DNA of 64,000 nucleotides from Candidatus Woesearchaeota archaeon (GTDB lineage Archaea > Nanobdellota > Nanobdellia > Woesearchaeales > BM511), in the NCBI GenBank assembly GCA_018221135.1, contig JAAOYB010000050.1:527-64526 (forward strand), given 5' to 3'. Under the pieces are notes generated by a model. The model was not told the DNA's origin, searched no databases, and saw only the letters and a list, made by a program, of their open reading frames with translations. Shown here piece by piece: positions 1 through 8,861 of the stretch (the first letter of the stretch is position 1; every line of letters begins with the position of its first letter). The position numbers and the translations under genes are program-made.

Positions 1-41
1 TGAGTAAAGTTTATTAATAAATAACTAAACAGTTTTTCTTA

Positions 42-284
42 ATGGTTAACCAAAGAGACACCTTAAAACGCCTTAATGAAGACAGAGAAGAAGAAGATAA
101 ATTAGTAAGCGATATTTATGGGTATCTTCAAGACTCATTAAATTACATAACTGATATGACTAGTAAAGAAAAAGAAATCGTGCACGAATACCTCGACACA
201 CTGATTAGTGACAGTATGAGGCACAGCAGCATGTTTAGCATGCTTATACAAGACGTGATGAATCATGGAGAAGATAACTACTAA
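42..284 (+). CDS. hypothetical small helical protein (possible N-terminal half of a ferritin-like four-helix protein; contains E-x-x-H)
   Basis: ORF track; 'EIVHEYL' E-x-x-H helix; overlaps the next ORF, which is in the +1 frame. Confidence 0.3.
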   Translation: MVNQRDTLKRLNEDREEEDKLVSDIYGYLQDSLNYITDMTSKEKEIVHEYLDTLISDSMRHSSMFSMLIQDVMNHGEDNY

Positions 285-480
285 AGCAGAACTCATTGAG
301 CGTTTAAAAGACGCCAAAGCCGTAGAGGAAAAAGTAAAAAAGAAGTATAGCGAAGACGCATCTGCTTTTACCAATTTTGATATTGTTAATAAGATTAGAG
401 AGATAAGAAACGATGAGATAAAACACATCGGGATGCTTACTGAACTTATCAAAATGCTCTCAAAACCGGATTCTAAGTAA
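265..480 (+). CDS. hypothetical small helical protein (possible C-terminal half of a ferritin-like protein; 'DEIKHIGML' E-x-x-H)
   Basis: ORF track; second E-x-x-H helix pair; +1 frame relative to 42..284. Confidence 0.3.
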   Translation: MEKITTKAELIERLKDAKAVEEKVKKKYSEDASAFTNFDIVNKIREIRNDEIKHIGMLTELIKMLSKPDSK

Positions 481-524
481 GAACCATCATTTTTTTATAT
501 TAAAAAAACATTTTGTATTAGTCT

Positions 525-656
525 ATGAAGATAATTGTTTGCCCGATTTGCACGTCAAAAAGCGTTGAATTAGTAGGTGATGGCGTTATTCGGTGCTCTG
601 TTTGCGGGTACTTAGGAGATTTGAGTGGTAAAGGATTATTCAAAAAAACCAAATAA
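525..656 (+). CDS. small zinc-ribbon protein (43 aa, CPIC...CSVC)
   Basis: Manual translation MKIIVCPICTSKSVELVGDGVIRCSVCGYLGDLSGKGLFKKTK; two CxxC pairs; below the ORF-track size cutoff. Confidence 0.3.
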   Translation: MKIIVCPICTSKSVELVGDGVIRCSVCGYLGDLSGKGLFKKTK

Positions 657-731
657 TCAAAAGTTTTCACTAAAGAATGGTTATTTAATAGAAAGATTTA
701 AAAGAAATAAAAAAACTCCTTAAGAATTAAG

Positions 732-2099
732 ATGGTAAAGAAACTGCTAGTCTTTGGGTTAATGTTGATATTATTCTCAACGTTCATCGTCTCTGATTCG
801 CACCTCAACTTAATTGAGAGTTACGAATTTGATTTCGAAGAAGAAAACATTACTTTAACAGTTGATAACACAAACAGTGTTGAAGATGTCACAACAATTA
901 CTTTCTCTTTTAGCGCAATGCCTGGATTATATAATATTAGTAGCGCTTTAGGAGATGTCTCAAATCAAGAAGAAGTACTTTTTGATGATTATCAAAACAG
1001 CTTCGTCGTAGAATACCAAGGCGTTCTACCTGGACAAAACGACTTAGTTGTTAAGATAACAAATGATCAAGGAGCTTTAGTTGCGTTCAAAAAATTTGAT
1101 GTCTTAGTAGAAACTGATATTGAAGTAAGCTATGATAAGCTAAGCGTAATAGTTGATGAAGACAAATTCTACGTTGTTCTTGACATAAACACCAATTTCG
1201 ATTTTAGTACTACAAGCCTTGAAATAATTAGTGGTAACGGCGTAGTGTACCAAAACATTGATTACAGCGTTACAAACGAAGGAAAACACCTATTCACATT
1301 CATGCCTTTAGAGAACTCAAAATACACTATTTTCAGTCTTAGCGTTGATGATTTTGTTCTCGAAGGAAAAACTGAGGAGTTCGGACCTTACGAGTTTGGT
1401 TTAATCACTGGTTTTAGCGAAGAAAAAACAGAAGAAGGCCTAATGATTAGCTTCGTTAATAAATGCGATGATGATTGCTTAGTTGAAGTTTTTGTTTTCA
1501 GCACGTCAAACGAGTACGTGTACAACACGACAAGCTTTGATGGAGACGCAGTCTTAATACCAAGCGAAACCATTACGGCTTCGATGATTAGTGCTCCCTA
1601 CAAAATCGTGTTCGTAACAAGTGAAGACTTAGTTTATGAGTACTTAACTCAAGAATATGACTACGCTAGCTTCGAAGAAGAAATAGTCGAAGAAGTCATC
1701 GTTGAAGAAGTAGTCGATGAACAAACAACCACTAGTAATGGCGGTGGCAGTATCGATGTCAATATCAGCATCGTAGAAGAAACTAATGAGACAACTACTG
1801 AAGAAGTCATCGTTGAAGAAGTAGCTGATGATGAAGTTCTTATTGACATAGAAGAAGTCAACATCACAGAAGACGTAGTGATAAGCCCTGAAGACTTCCA
1901 ACTCGACAAAGACTTAGAAAGTAATAAGACAAGCGTCTTTACTAACCTAGCGACGGGTTTTGCCAATATTAAAATCCCTGGAGTAGGCGGTCTTAGCAAG
2001 GAATTAGCAGGATTATTTGCTTTATTAGTAGTCATAGTCGGCGTCTTAATCTTTGTTTATATCAGGCAACAAAAAAAGTTTTCTATGTACGAAATGTAG
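732..2099 (+). CDS. secreted/cell-surface protein with acidic EEV/VEE repeats and C-terminal transmembrane anchor
   Basis: N-terminal signal-like hydrophobic segment; repeated 'EEVIVEEV' motifs; C-terminal TM 'LAGLFALLVVIVGVLIFVYI' followed by basic RQQKK. Confidence 0.55.
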   Translation: MVKKLLVFGLMLILFSTFIVSDSHLNLIESYEFDFEEENITLTVDNTNSVEDVTTITFSFSAMPGLYNISSALGDVSNQEEVLFDDYQNSFVVEYQGVLPGQNDLVVKITNDQGALVAFKKFDVLVETDIEVSYDKLSVIVDEDKFYVVLDINTNFDFSTTSLEIISGNGVVYQNIDYSVTNEGKHLFTFMPLENSKYTIFSLSVDDFVLEGKTEEFGPYEFGLITGFSEEKTEEGLMISFVNKCDDDCLVEVFVFSTSNEYVYNTTSFDGDAVLIPSETITASMISAPYKIVFVTSEDLVYEYLTQEYDYASFEEEIVEEVIVEEVVDEQTTTSNGGGSIDVNISIVEETNETTTEEVIVEEVADDEVLIDIEEVNITEDVVISPEDFQLDKDLESNKTSVFTNLATGFANIKIPGVGGLSKELAGLFALLVVIVGVLIFVYIRQQKKFSMYEM

Positions 2100-2140
2100 G
2101 AAAAGCTTTAATAAAAACCTTTTTTTTCTTATTATTTATT

Positions 2141-3142
2141 ATGAAAAAAATAGATGAGAATCTGCTTCCTTTTGAAAAGATAAAAAGAGAGGTCTTCACC
2201 AAAAAAGATGTGGTGACTAATCCTAAGTACGGCAAGAAGCCTGAGAAGAGAAGCGTTGATGAACTTCTTGATTTTGGAATAATCAACATTGACAAACCAG
2301 CTGGGCCGACCAGTCATCAAGTAAGCGCGTACGTAAAAGACATCATCGGAATAAAAAAAGCTGGTCACAGCGGAACACTTGATCCTAACGTGACAGGCTC
2401 TTTGCCAGTAGCGCTTGGTAGAGGCACAAGAGTATTAGAAGCTTTGCTTACCAGCGGAAAAGAATACGTTTGTTTAATGCACGTTCACAAAGAAATCCCA
2501 AATTCTAAGATAAAAGAAGTCATGAATAGTTTTTTGGGCAAGATAAAACAGCTTCCCCCTGTTAAGAGCGCTGTTAAGCGTGATTGGAGATACAGAAAAA
2601 TATATTACTTAGAAATCTTGGAAATAGAAGGACAAGACGTGCTTTTTAGGGTGGGCACCCAAGCAGGGACTTATATTAGGAAACTCGTTCATGACATAGG
2701 AGTCGAACTTGGTTGCGGCGCGCACATGGCCGAGCTTAGACGCTCAAAAACCGGTCCTTTTAGAGAAGACACTCTTTGTAGTTTGCAAGAACTAAGCGAC
2801 ACATTACATTTCTATAAAGAAAACGGCGAAGAAGAAGGTATTAGGCGTTGCGTTCTCCCAATAGAGTTCGGCGTTGACCACCTACCTAAAGTCTGGGTTC
2901 TAGACACCACAGTCAACACACTATGCCACGGAGTTAATCTCAAAGTGCCAGGGATAGCGAAAGTTGAGTCTGAGATCCAAATCGATGAAGACGTAGCCAT
3001 CATGACACTAAAAGACGAATTAGTAGGTGTTGGGAAGCTTAAGATGCTTCCAAAAAACATAATCTCTAAAGATAAAGGTGTAGCTGTACAAACCAAAAAA
3101 GTGTTTATGGAACCCGGGACGTACCCAAAAATCGAGAAGTAA
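2141..3142 (+). CDS. cbf5: tRNA/rRNA pseudouridine synthase Cbf5 (H/ACA RNP catalytic subunit, TruB family with PUA domain)
   Basis: TruB motifs 'IDKPAGPTSH' and 'HSGTLDP'; length and C-terminal PUA-like region typical of archaeal Cbf5. Confidence 0.9.
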   Translation: MKKIDENLLPFEKIKREVFTKKDVVTNPKYGKKPEKRSVDELLDFGIINIDKPAGPTSHQVSAYVKDIIGIKKAGHSGTLDPNVTGSLPVALGRGTRVLEALLTSGKEYVCLMHVHKEIPNSKIKEVMNSFLGKIKQLPPVKSAVKRDWRYRKIYYLEILEIEGQDVLFRVGTQAGTYIRKLVHDIGVELGCGAHMAELRRSKTGPFREDTLCSLQELSDTLHFYKENGEEEGIRRCVLPIEFGVDHLPKVWVLDTTVNTLCHGVNLKVPGIAKVESEIQIDEDVAIMTLKDELVGVGKLKMLPKNIISKDKGVAVQTKKVFMEPGTYPKIEK

Positions 3143-3155
3143 CCCTTCTATTTTT

Positions 3156-3449
3156 TTATTCGTCATCTACTGTGAATAACGTGCTATCTTTTACCTTGAA
3201 AAGTTTTATCCTGGCTCCTGCGTCTAGCCATCCATGAGCGTAGTTAAGAGCCGCGAACGCGGTGACGATTTCTCCTTTTTCTTCAAAGTGTTTGGCGTCG
3301 TCAAAGTAGCGCTGCGCCATGTCCAAGAAATCAACGGCTTCGTCCGTCCTTGTATTATCGAATCCTTTTTCTAAGACCATATCAAGAGCTTTTTTAGTAA
3401 CAGAGAAATATTTAGCGAGCTTTTCTTTTGAGACGACGTCTTTTCTCAT
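3156..3449 (-). CDS. small conserved archaeal protein (DUF357-like)
   Basis: 97 aa, 'AFAALNYAHGWLDAG' core; a 4-nt overlap with the upstream ORF suggests co-transcription. Confidence 0.45.
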   Translation of the reverse strand: MRKDVVSKEKLAKYFSVTKKALDMVLEKGFDNTRTDEAVDFLDMAQRYFDDAKHFEEKGEIVTAFAALNYAHGWLDAGARIKLFKVKDSTLFTVDDE

Positions 3450-3922
3450 ACTTCTAAAGTTTTTATCTTATCCTTTATTAACCTTATTTTTTCTTCAACG
3501 CGAAAAAGCAACGCTTTATCTTGATTTGGACTGCTCTTTAAACCGCTATGTTTTTCTTCTAAACTTCTTAGTACTTGTTTTGCTTCTAAAACAACATCCT
3601 TTTTGTTGCCACCAATATTTTTGATACTCATGTTTAACTCGTCATGCCTCTCTTTTTTTTTCTCCTCGAAGAACTCCTGGCTTTTCTTATCTCTTAATTC
3701 CTTGTTCTGATCCGCTCTTTTTCTTAGTTTGTGCTTGATTCGTATTATTTCTCTCTCAAGATTCGTGCCACCCCCGATTTTGTGATTTGCACGTATCAAG
3801 AACTTAATCATCTTTTTTAGCGCGGAAACACTGAGTTTCTGAGAAGAAGGAACCCTCTTTTCTTTTTGGGCTATAGCTGGATTACCGTGATTAACAAGTT
3901 TATTATTTGATTCATCAACCAT
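3446..3922 (-). CDS. hypothetical highly basic coiled-coil protein
   Basis: K/R/E-rich heptad-like sequence; ATGA overlap with 3156..3449. Confidence 0.5.
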   Translation of the reverse strand: MVDESNNKLVNHGNPAIAQKEKRVPSSQKLSVSALKKMIKFLIRANHKIGGGTNLEREIIRIKHKLRKRADQNKELRDKKSQEFFEEKKKERHDELNMSIKNIGGNKKDVVLEAKQVLRSLEEKHSGLKSSPNQDKALLFRVEEKIRLIKDKIKTLEV

Positions 3923-3964
3923 TTTATTGTATGATAACCCCCTAAAAAAGTGATATGAAAATAA

Positions 3965-4543
3965 TTATTTTCGCCCGAATAATCCTTTCTTTTTCTCACC
4001 ACCCTCCATTGAAGGCATCTGGTTTGCGGGTAAAGGCTTAAACCCACCGCTCTCAGGCGGAGGCATCTGAGGAGGACCGCTAGGTGGAACTCCTAAGTCT
4101 TGTGGGGGGTTTGCTAAGTAATCCGGGACTTGCGGATTCGTCATCCCAAGATTTGAAGGAGGAGGTCCTTGCACATTTGAAACACCCATTTGTGAAGAAG
4201 TATTCTTTTGCATCTCATTCTTTACTTCTTTTACCATATCAGCAACTGCGACTATCCCTTTTGCTATCTTCTCGTTTTGCTTGCCTAATTCTTCAACTCT
4301 ATCAAGCATGGGACCAAGTTTCTCGCTTACAAGCGCGGAGTCATGCTCTTCTTGTTTTAATTCCTCTGTAGCGGTGTTAAACAAGTTAACAAGGCTTGAA
4401 AGACTATCATTTAAGTCTTTTAGGTTTCTTAGCATTTCCTGACCTTCTTTTGATTGCCCGAAAGGATTGTTTTTTATGTTATCCACGTCCTTTTTTAACT
4501 TAGAGAAATCGTTTTCTGGAACTATGGCGTAATCATTACTCAT
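3965..4543 (-). CDS. hypothetical protein, N-terminal coiled coil and Pro/Gly-rich C-terminal region
   Basis: ORF track; 'GPPPSNLGMTNPQVPDYLANPPQDLGVPPSGPPQMPPPESGG' low-complexity tail. Confidence 0.45.
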   Translation of the reverse strand: MSNDYAIVPENDFSKLKKDVDNIKNNPFGQSKEGQEMLRNLKDLNDSLSSLVNLFNTATEELKQEEHDSALVSEKLGPMLDRVEELGKQNEKIAKGIVAVADMVKEVKNEMQKNTSSQMGVSNVQGPPPSNLGMTNPQVPDYLANPPQDLGVPPSGPPQMPPPESGGFKPLPANQMPSMEGGEKKKGLFGRK

Positions 4544-4714
4544 TTTTTTGTCAACCTCTCATAATTACAAATACTTCTACTACAAACTTTTATTAGTAGA
4601 GAACTTTAAATAATTTTCTATTAATCAAAAAACAACTTTTAAATATTATTTACAAAAAATATTTAAAGAAAACAAATAAAATAAAAAATTAATATAAGTT
4701 TTGGGTGAGAAGAA

Positions 4715-6616
4715 TTGGTTTTTATACAAAAAGCGCTTTACATAGATGCTAATAATAAGAGTTCTAAAACAAAAAAAATAGATGCTCCAGAAATCATGGG
4801 CCCAGTCGATTTTGGGGTTAGAGAATACGAAAAAGACAAATCAGTTTTTTGCTTTGGAACCGGGATTCTTTCAGGAAGCATAATCCCAGGTACTAGGCGT
4901 TTGGTGTTCACAGGTCTTAGCCCATTATGGAAAAATTTCTATATCAGTACTATGGGCGGCGCTGCTTACGTCTTTCATCGTTTGGGCATAAACTATGTGA
5001 GTATAAAAGGAAAAACTCCCAATCTTAGCGTCTTAGAAATAAACAGGAAAAAAGGAAAATTAAGCGTTTCTTTCCACGACATAAGCCCTGATAAGATATG
5101 GGAGGGTTACAAAAAAGAAATCGGTGTTTACGCGCTCCAACAATACATATATGATAATTACGCAAAGAATTTCAAAGATGATTGCAGGATACTAATAACT
5201 GGTCCTGCGTCTCAAAGAACTAATTACGGCGCCATCGCTAGCGCTCCTATCGGACGTGACGGCGTGATAAGCCACGTTGATTGCTGGGCTGGCAGAGGCG
5301 GGTTTGGAAGCAAATTATTACAAGACCACAATGTTGTAGGCATCATTTACGGAGGAGACTTCGAAGAAGACAAATCCTCACCGCTAAAAGACGTTAAACT
5401 AATAGATTCAGTCTTCGAAGAAGGCATGGGTAAGAGGATGATGGCAGCTGATATGGACGCAACCACTAAGTATCGCTACGACCCTAGTTTTAAGAGCGGA
5501 GGAACCCTCGGCGTTAATTTTAGCAGGCTTAAGAGTTGGATGTTTAGTTTTAATTACGGCTCGGTTAAGTTCTCAGAAGGGCAACGCTTAGAATTATGGG
5601 AAGAATTCATACAAAACCATTACTTAAAACAATTCAACGAAGAAACAATACAGACAAAACAACAAAAGCATTGCGGGGAGCCTTGCCCCGCGGTTTGCAA
5701 GAAGATGAATGATAAATACAAAAAAGATTACGAGCCATACGAAGCGCTCGGACCTAACATGGGCGTTTTTGACCAGCGAGCCGCTGAGAAGCTTAATCGC
5801 TTTGCTGACGCGATGGGTTTTGACGCTATACAAATAGGAAGCGTTATTAGCTTCGTAGCCGAAGCGATAAACCAAGCATTAATACCTAAAGAAGACTTAG
5901 GTCTTAGTATCACTCCTAATTTCTCAAAAGAAAACTTTGACGTATTAACAGATAGTATGAACAACGCCGACTTCGGAGTGGAACTCATCAAAAAAATAGT
6001 TTATGACCATGAATGTGTTAGTCTTAGAAAAGGCTTGCGAGTCGCTGCAAAAGAATTAGACCAAAAATACCCCGGGGTTCTCAACCTAGCGGTTTACAAC
6101 GCTTTCGGAGAGGATGGCTGCATAGTTCCTAACCAGTACTGGGTTCCAGGAATGTTCAGCCCCATGCCTATAATGGGTAAGTACTTTGAGTATTACGGAG
6201 CTAATTATTTACCGCCAAGAGAGCTTGGCAAAAAAAACGTTGAGCGTATGATCCTCGAATTATATAGTGATAACGGAGGGATTTGCAGGTTTCACCGAGA
6301 ATGGGTTGAGAAATTATTAGAGCCATTAGTAAAAAAAGTATTAAAAGTAGATGTTGCGTATCGAATCAAAGATTATCATAGCCATCATAAAAGATTAGCT
6401 CAACTCATCAACCTAGGTAACAAGCCCGTTTTTTGGGAGACTGAGCGCGTAGTTGACATAATAAAGGCTTACTTAGAAAAAGTCTACGAATGCGAAGAAG
6501 AACACAAAGAAGAAGTACGAGCTTGGGTTGAGAAGTTCGAAGCTGATAAGTGGGAAGCAGCCAAGTTGTACTGGGAAGAATTAAAAGATGGTATGAACGA
6601 AGCATTCAGCGACTAA
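4715..6616 (+). CDS. aldehyde:ferredoxin oxidoreductase (AOR) family protein, tungsten/molybdopterin type
   Basis: AOR N-domain-like 'GRGGFGSKLLQD'; central 'CGEPCPAVCKK ... EPYEALGPNMGVFD' resembles the AOR 4Fe-4S Cys motif followed by GPEYE...G.N.G..D; ~630 aa. Confidence 0.55.
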   Translation: MVFIQKALYIDANNKSSKTKKIDAPEIMGPVDFGVREYEKDKSVFCFGTGILSGSIIPGTRRLVFTGLSPLWKNFYISTMGGAAYVFHRLGINYVSIKGKTPNLSVLEINRKKGKLSVSFHDISPDKIWEGYKKEIGVYALQQYIYDNYAKNFKDDCRILITGPASQRTNYGAIASAPIGRDGVISHVDCWAGRGGFGSKLLQDHNVVGIIYGGDFEEDKSSPLKDVKLIDSVFEEGMGKRMMAADMDATTKYRYDPSFKSGGTLGVNFSRLKSWMFSFNYGSVKFSEGQRLELWEEFIQNHYLKQFNEETIQTKQQKHCGEPCPAVCKKMNDKYKKDYEPYEALGPNMGVFDQRAAEKLNRFADAMGFDAIQIGSVISFVAEAINQALIPKEDLGLSITPNFSKENFDVLTDSMNNADFGVELIKKIVYDHECVSLRKGLRVAAKELDQKYPGVLNLAVYNAFGEDGCIVPNQYWVPGMFSPMPIMGKYFEYYGANYLPPRELGKKNVERMILELYSDNGGICRFHREWVEKLLEPLVKKVLKVDVAYRIKDYHSHHKRLAQLINLGNKPVFWETERVVDIIKAYLEKVYECEEEHKEEVRAWVEKFEADKWEAAKLYWEELKDGMNEAFSD

Positions 6617-6618
6617 TC

Positions 6619-8022
6619 TTATTCATTGTTTAGTTTTCTTATCTTGTGCCCCAACCAAATAATTGCTACTATATTAGCGGTTGCTCCGCCTATCACCATT
6701 GACCAAGCAACGCTTAGATACCCAAAGCCTAGTACGAAAACAAATATGTAACCAAGAGGTATCGCGACTAACACCGTTCTTACCAAGTTTATTATAAGTC
6801 CTGGCAAACCATACCCCATTCCTTGCATCGCGCGACTAATAATCATGCCAACAGCCATTAAAGGAAAAGTCAAGGTGTCTATCCTAAGATAAGGAGCTCC
6901 TAAGCTTAGGAGGTTTTGGTCTGGTGTGAATATTCTAAGAAACAGTTTAGGAAACAAAAAGAAAACAACACCTATCAGCGTTGTGAAAAGAACTGCTCTG
7001 CTAATAGCAAACCACACAATGCTTTTTAACAAGTCGTAGCGTTTAGCTCCAAAAAACATACCCACTAGTGTAAGTGTTCCTATACTAAAAGCGACTATTG
7101 GCATTATAGCTACGCTCTCAAGGCGAAAAGCCATACCTGCCGCGGCTACGTAATCAACCCCGAAATGGGAGAGGTACCTATTCAAAAATATTATGTATAA
7201 ACTCATCAAAAGCATCATAACCGTTGCCGGCGCTCCTACTGTGAACATCTCCTTTATTATTTTTGGACTAAAACTAAAACTCTTAGTTGTTAGTTTCAGA
7301 TAAGACTTCTTCCTAAGAGTGTATATGTATATTACTAAGCCGATAAAAAAACTGATGACTGTTGCCATAGCGGCGCCTCTAACACCAAAACCCAAGTAGT
7401 ATATGAATATTGGGTCGAGTATGATGTTTATGACAAGGCTCGTTATTTGTATCTTCATAGGAGTCTTGGTGTCTCCTTGAGAGATAAAAAAGTGATTTAT
7501 CATAAATGAGGGGAACATAAAAAATACGCCGATGAGTATTATCCTCATGTACCCTACTGATAATGGAAGGACTTCTTTTGTGGCTCCAAACAAATTAAAC
7601 ATTGGCTCCATAACCAGGTTCCCTACTAAGAAAATTATTAGTGCTAAGCCAATACTAATAAATAATCCGTGAATCGCCGTGTTCTCTGCGTCATCTTTTT
7701 TCTTTGCGCCTAAAAACCTGCTGATAAGGCTTCCCATACCAGCTCCGAGACCGCTGTTAAGAGCGATTAAAATAAAGAATAATGGGAAGCTAAATGTTAG
7801 AGCTGCAATTGCTTCTGCGCCGAGTCTTCCAACAAAAGCCGTGTCTACTATGTTGTACGCGGTTTGGACCATCATCGCGATGATTATTGGAAGCGCGATT
7901 GTGAACAAAGCTTTTTTTGGATTCTTAATGAACTCATCAACTCTGTTCTTCTCAGTCATCCTATGAAGTTTTGGCAGATGCCTTATAAGTTTTTGGTTTA
8001 AGCCAAAGCTTTTTAAATTCAT
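6619..8022 (-). CDS. MATE/MOP-superfamily efflux transporter
   Basis: 12-TM-like hydrophobic profile; N-terminal MATE signature 'ALPIIIAMMVQTAYNIVDTAFVGRLGAEAIAAL'. Confidence 0.65.
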   Translation of the reverse strand: MNLKSFGLNQKLIRHLPKLHRMTEKNRVDEFIKNPKKALFTIALPIIIAMMVQTAYNIVDTAFVGRLGAEAIAALTFSFPLFFILIALNSGLGAGMGSLISRFLGAKKKDDAENTAIHGLFISIGLALIIFLVGNLVMEPMFNLFGATKEVLPLSVGYMRIILIGVFFMFPSFMINHFFISQGDTKTPMKIQITSLVINIILDPIFIYYLGFGVRGAAMATVISFFIGLVIYIYTLRKKSYLKLTTKSFSFSPKIIKEMFTVGAPATVMMLLMSLYIIFLNRYLSHFGVDYVAAAGMAFRLESVAIMPIVAFSIGTLTLVGMFFGAKRYDLLKSIVWFAISRAVLFTTLIGVVFFLFPKLFLRIFTPDQNLLSLGAPYLRIDTLTFPLMAVGMIISRAMQGMGYGLPGLIINLVRTVLVAIPLGYIFVFVLGFGYLSVAWSMVIGGATANIVAIIWLGHKIRKLNNE

Positions 8023-8043
8023 TATTATTTTCTTTTATTTTAT

Positions 8044-8547
8044 ATGAAGAACAAAATAGCGGGTTACATAATAATTGGGATAGCACTCCTTTTTGGCTTG
8101 ATGATTTGGATGTTTAACAACGCCTTATCAACTATTGTGAGCGTTGCTTGCACTCACGGCCCAGATTGCCCTATGTGGAGAACTATCAATGTGCAAACCA
8201 GTATTGGTTTGGCAATAATGATTTTCATAATCTTAATAGGTGTTTACTTAATCTTTTTTGGCTTCGAAGAAAAAATCGTGACAAAGACGAGAACGGTTCA
8301 CAGACAAGTCAACCCGAATAAGCCAAGCAAAAAAAACTACGAGAAAATTATGAACAAATTAAGCGTTGACCAAAAAAAAGTTCTTGAAAAAATTATTTCT
8401 TCGCAAGGCAGCATGTTCCAATCAGAGATTGTTAGTTCAACAAAGCTTAGCAAAGTAAAAGTTACACGCATCCTTGACCGCTTAGAAGGACTGGGCTTAG
8501 TTGATAGGAAGCGGCGCGGCATGACTAACATAGTTATTCTTAAGTGA
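8044..8547 (+). CDS. membrane-anchored winged-helix (MarR/TrmB-like) transcription regulator with extracytoplasmic Cys/His/Met loop
   Basis: Two N-terminal TM helices flanking 'CTHGPDCPMW'; C-terminal wHTH 'LSVDQKKVLEKII...VTRILDRLEGLGLVDRKRRG'. Confidence 0.55.
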   Translation: MKNKIAGYIIIGIALLFGLMIWMFNNALSTIVSVACTHGPDCPMWRTINVQTSIGLAIMIFIILIGVYLIFFGFEEKIVTKTRTVHRQVNPNKPSKKNYEKIMNKLSVDQKKVLEKIISSQGSMFQSEIVSSTKLSKVKVTRILDRLEGLGLVDRKRRGMTNIVILK

Positions 8548-8646
8548 AACTAGTTTCACAACATCTTTTATAAGGCGTTTCTAATTAACAAATTTCTATA
8601 ACAAGCATAATTGTTAAAAATTACGTTTGGGTGGTGATGTGAAAAA

Positions 8647-8856
8647 ATGGTTGTTACAAAACTAAAAACACAAAGCATGCATTGCGTTAGTTGTGAAGCA
8701 ATGATAAAAGACGCGCTCATGGATTTAAAAGGAGTGTACAGTGCTAAGGCCAATCATAAGAGGGGATTGATCAAAGTTAATTATGATGATTCAATAATAG
8801 AAAAAGAAAACCTCAAAAAAACTATAGAAAAAGCAGGTTATAAAATAAGAGAATAA
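8647..8856 (+). CDS. copZ: copper chaperone CopZ (heavy-metal-associated domain protein)
   Basis: 69 aa HMA fold with 'MHCVSCE' MxCxxC motif. Confidence 0.8.
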   Translation: MVVTKLKTQSMHCVSCEAMIKDALMDLKGVYSAKANHKRGLIKVNYDDSIIEKENLKKTIEKAGYKIRE

Positions 8857-8861
8857 AAAAA

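Noticed and set aside
1388-2035. Minus-strand ORFs (61, 85, 124 aa) within the acidic surface-protein gene
   Set aside because: Ser/Thr/Phe-rich mirror images of the EEV repeats; no start context; embedded in a longer coherent plus-strand CDS.
5624-5991. Minus-strand ORFs inside the AOR gene (83, 87 aa)
   Set aside because: Embedded antisense in a 633-aa CDS with family-level motifs; no independent support.
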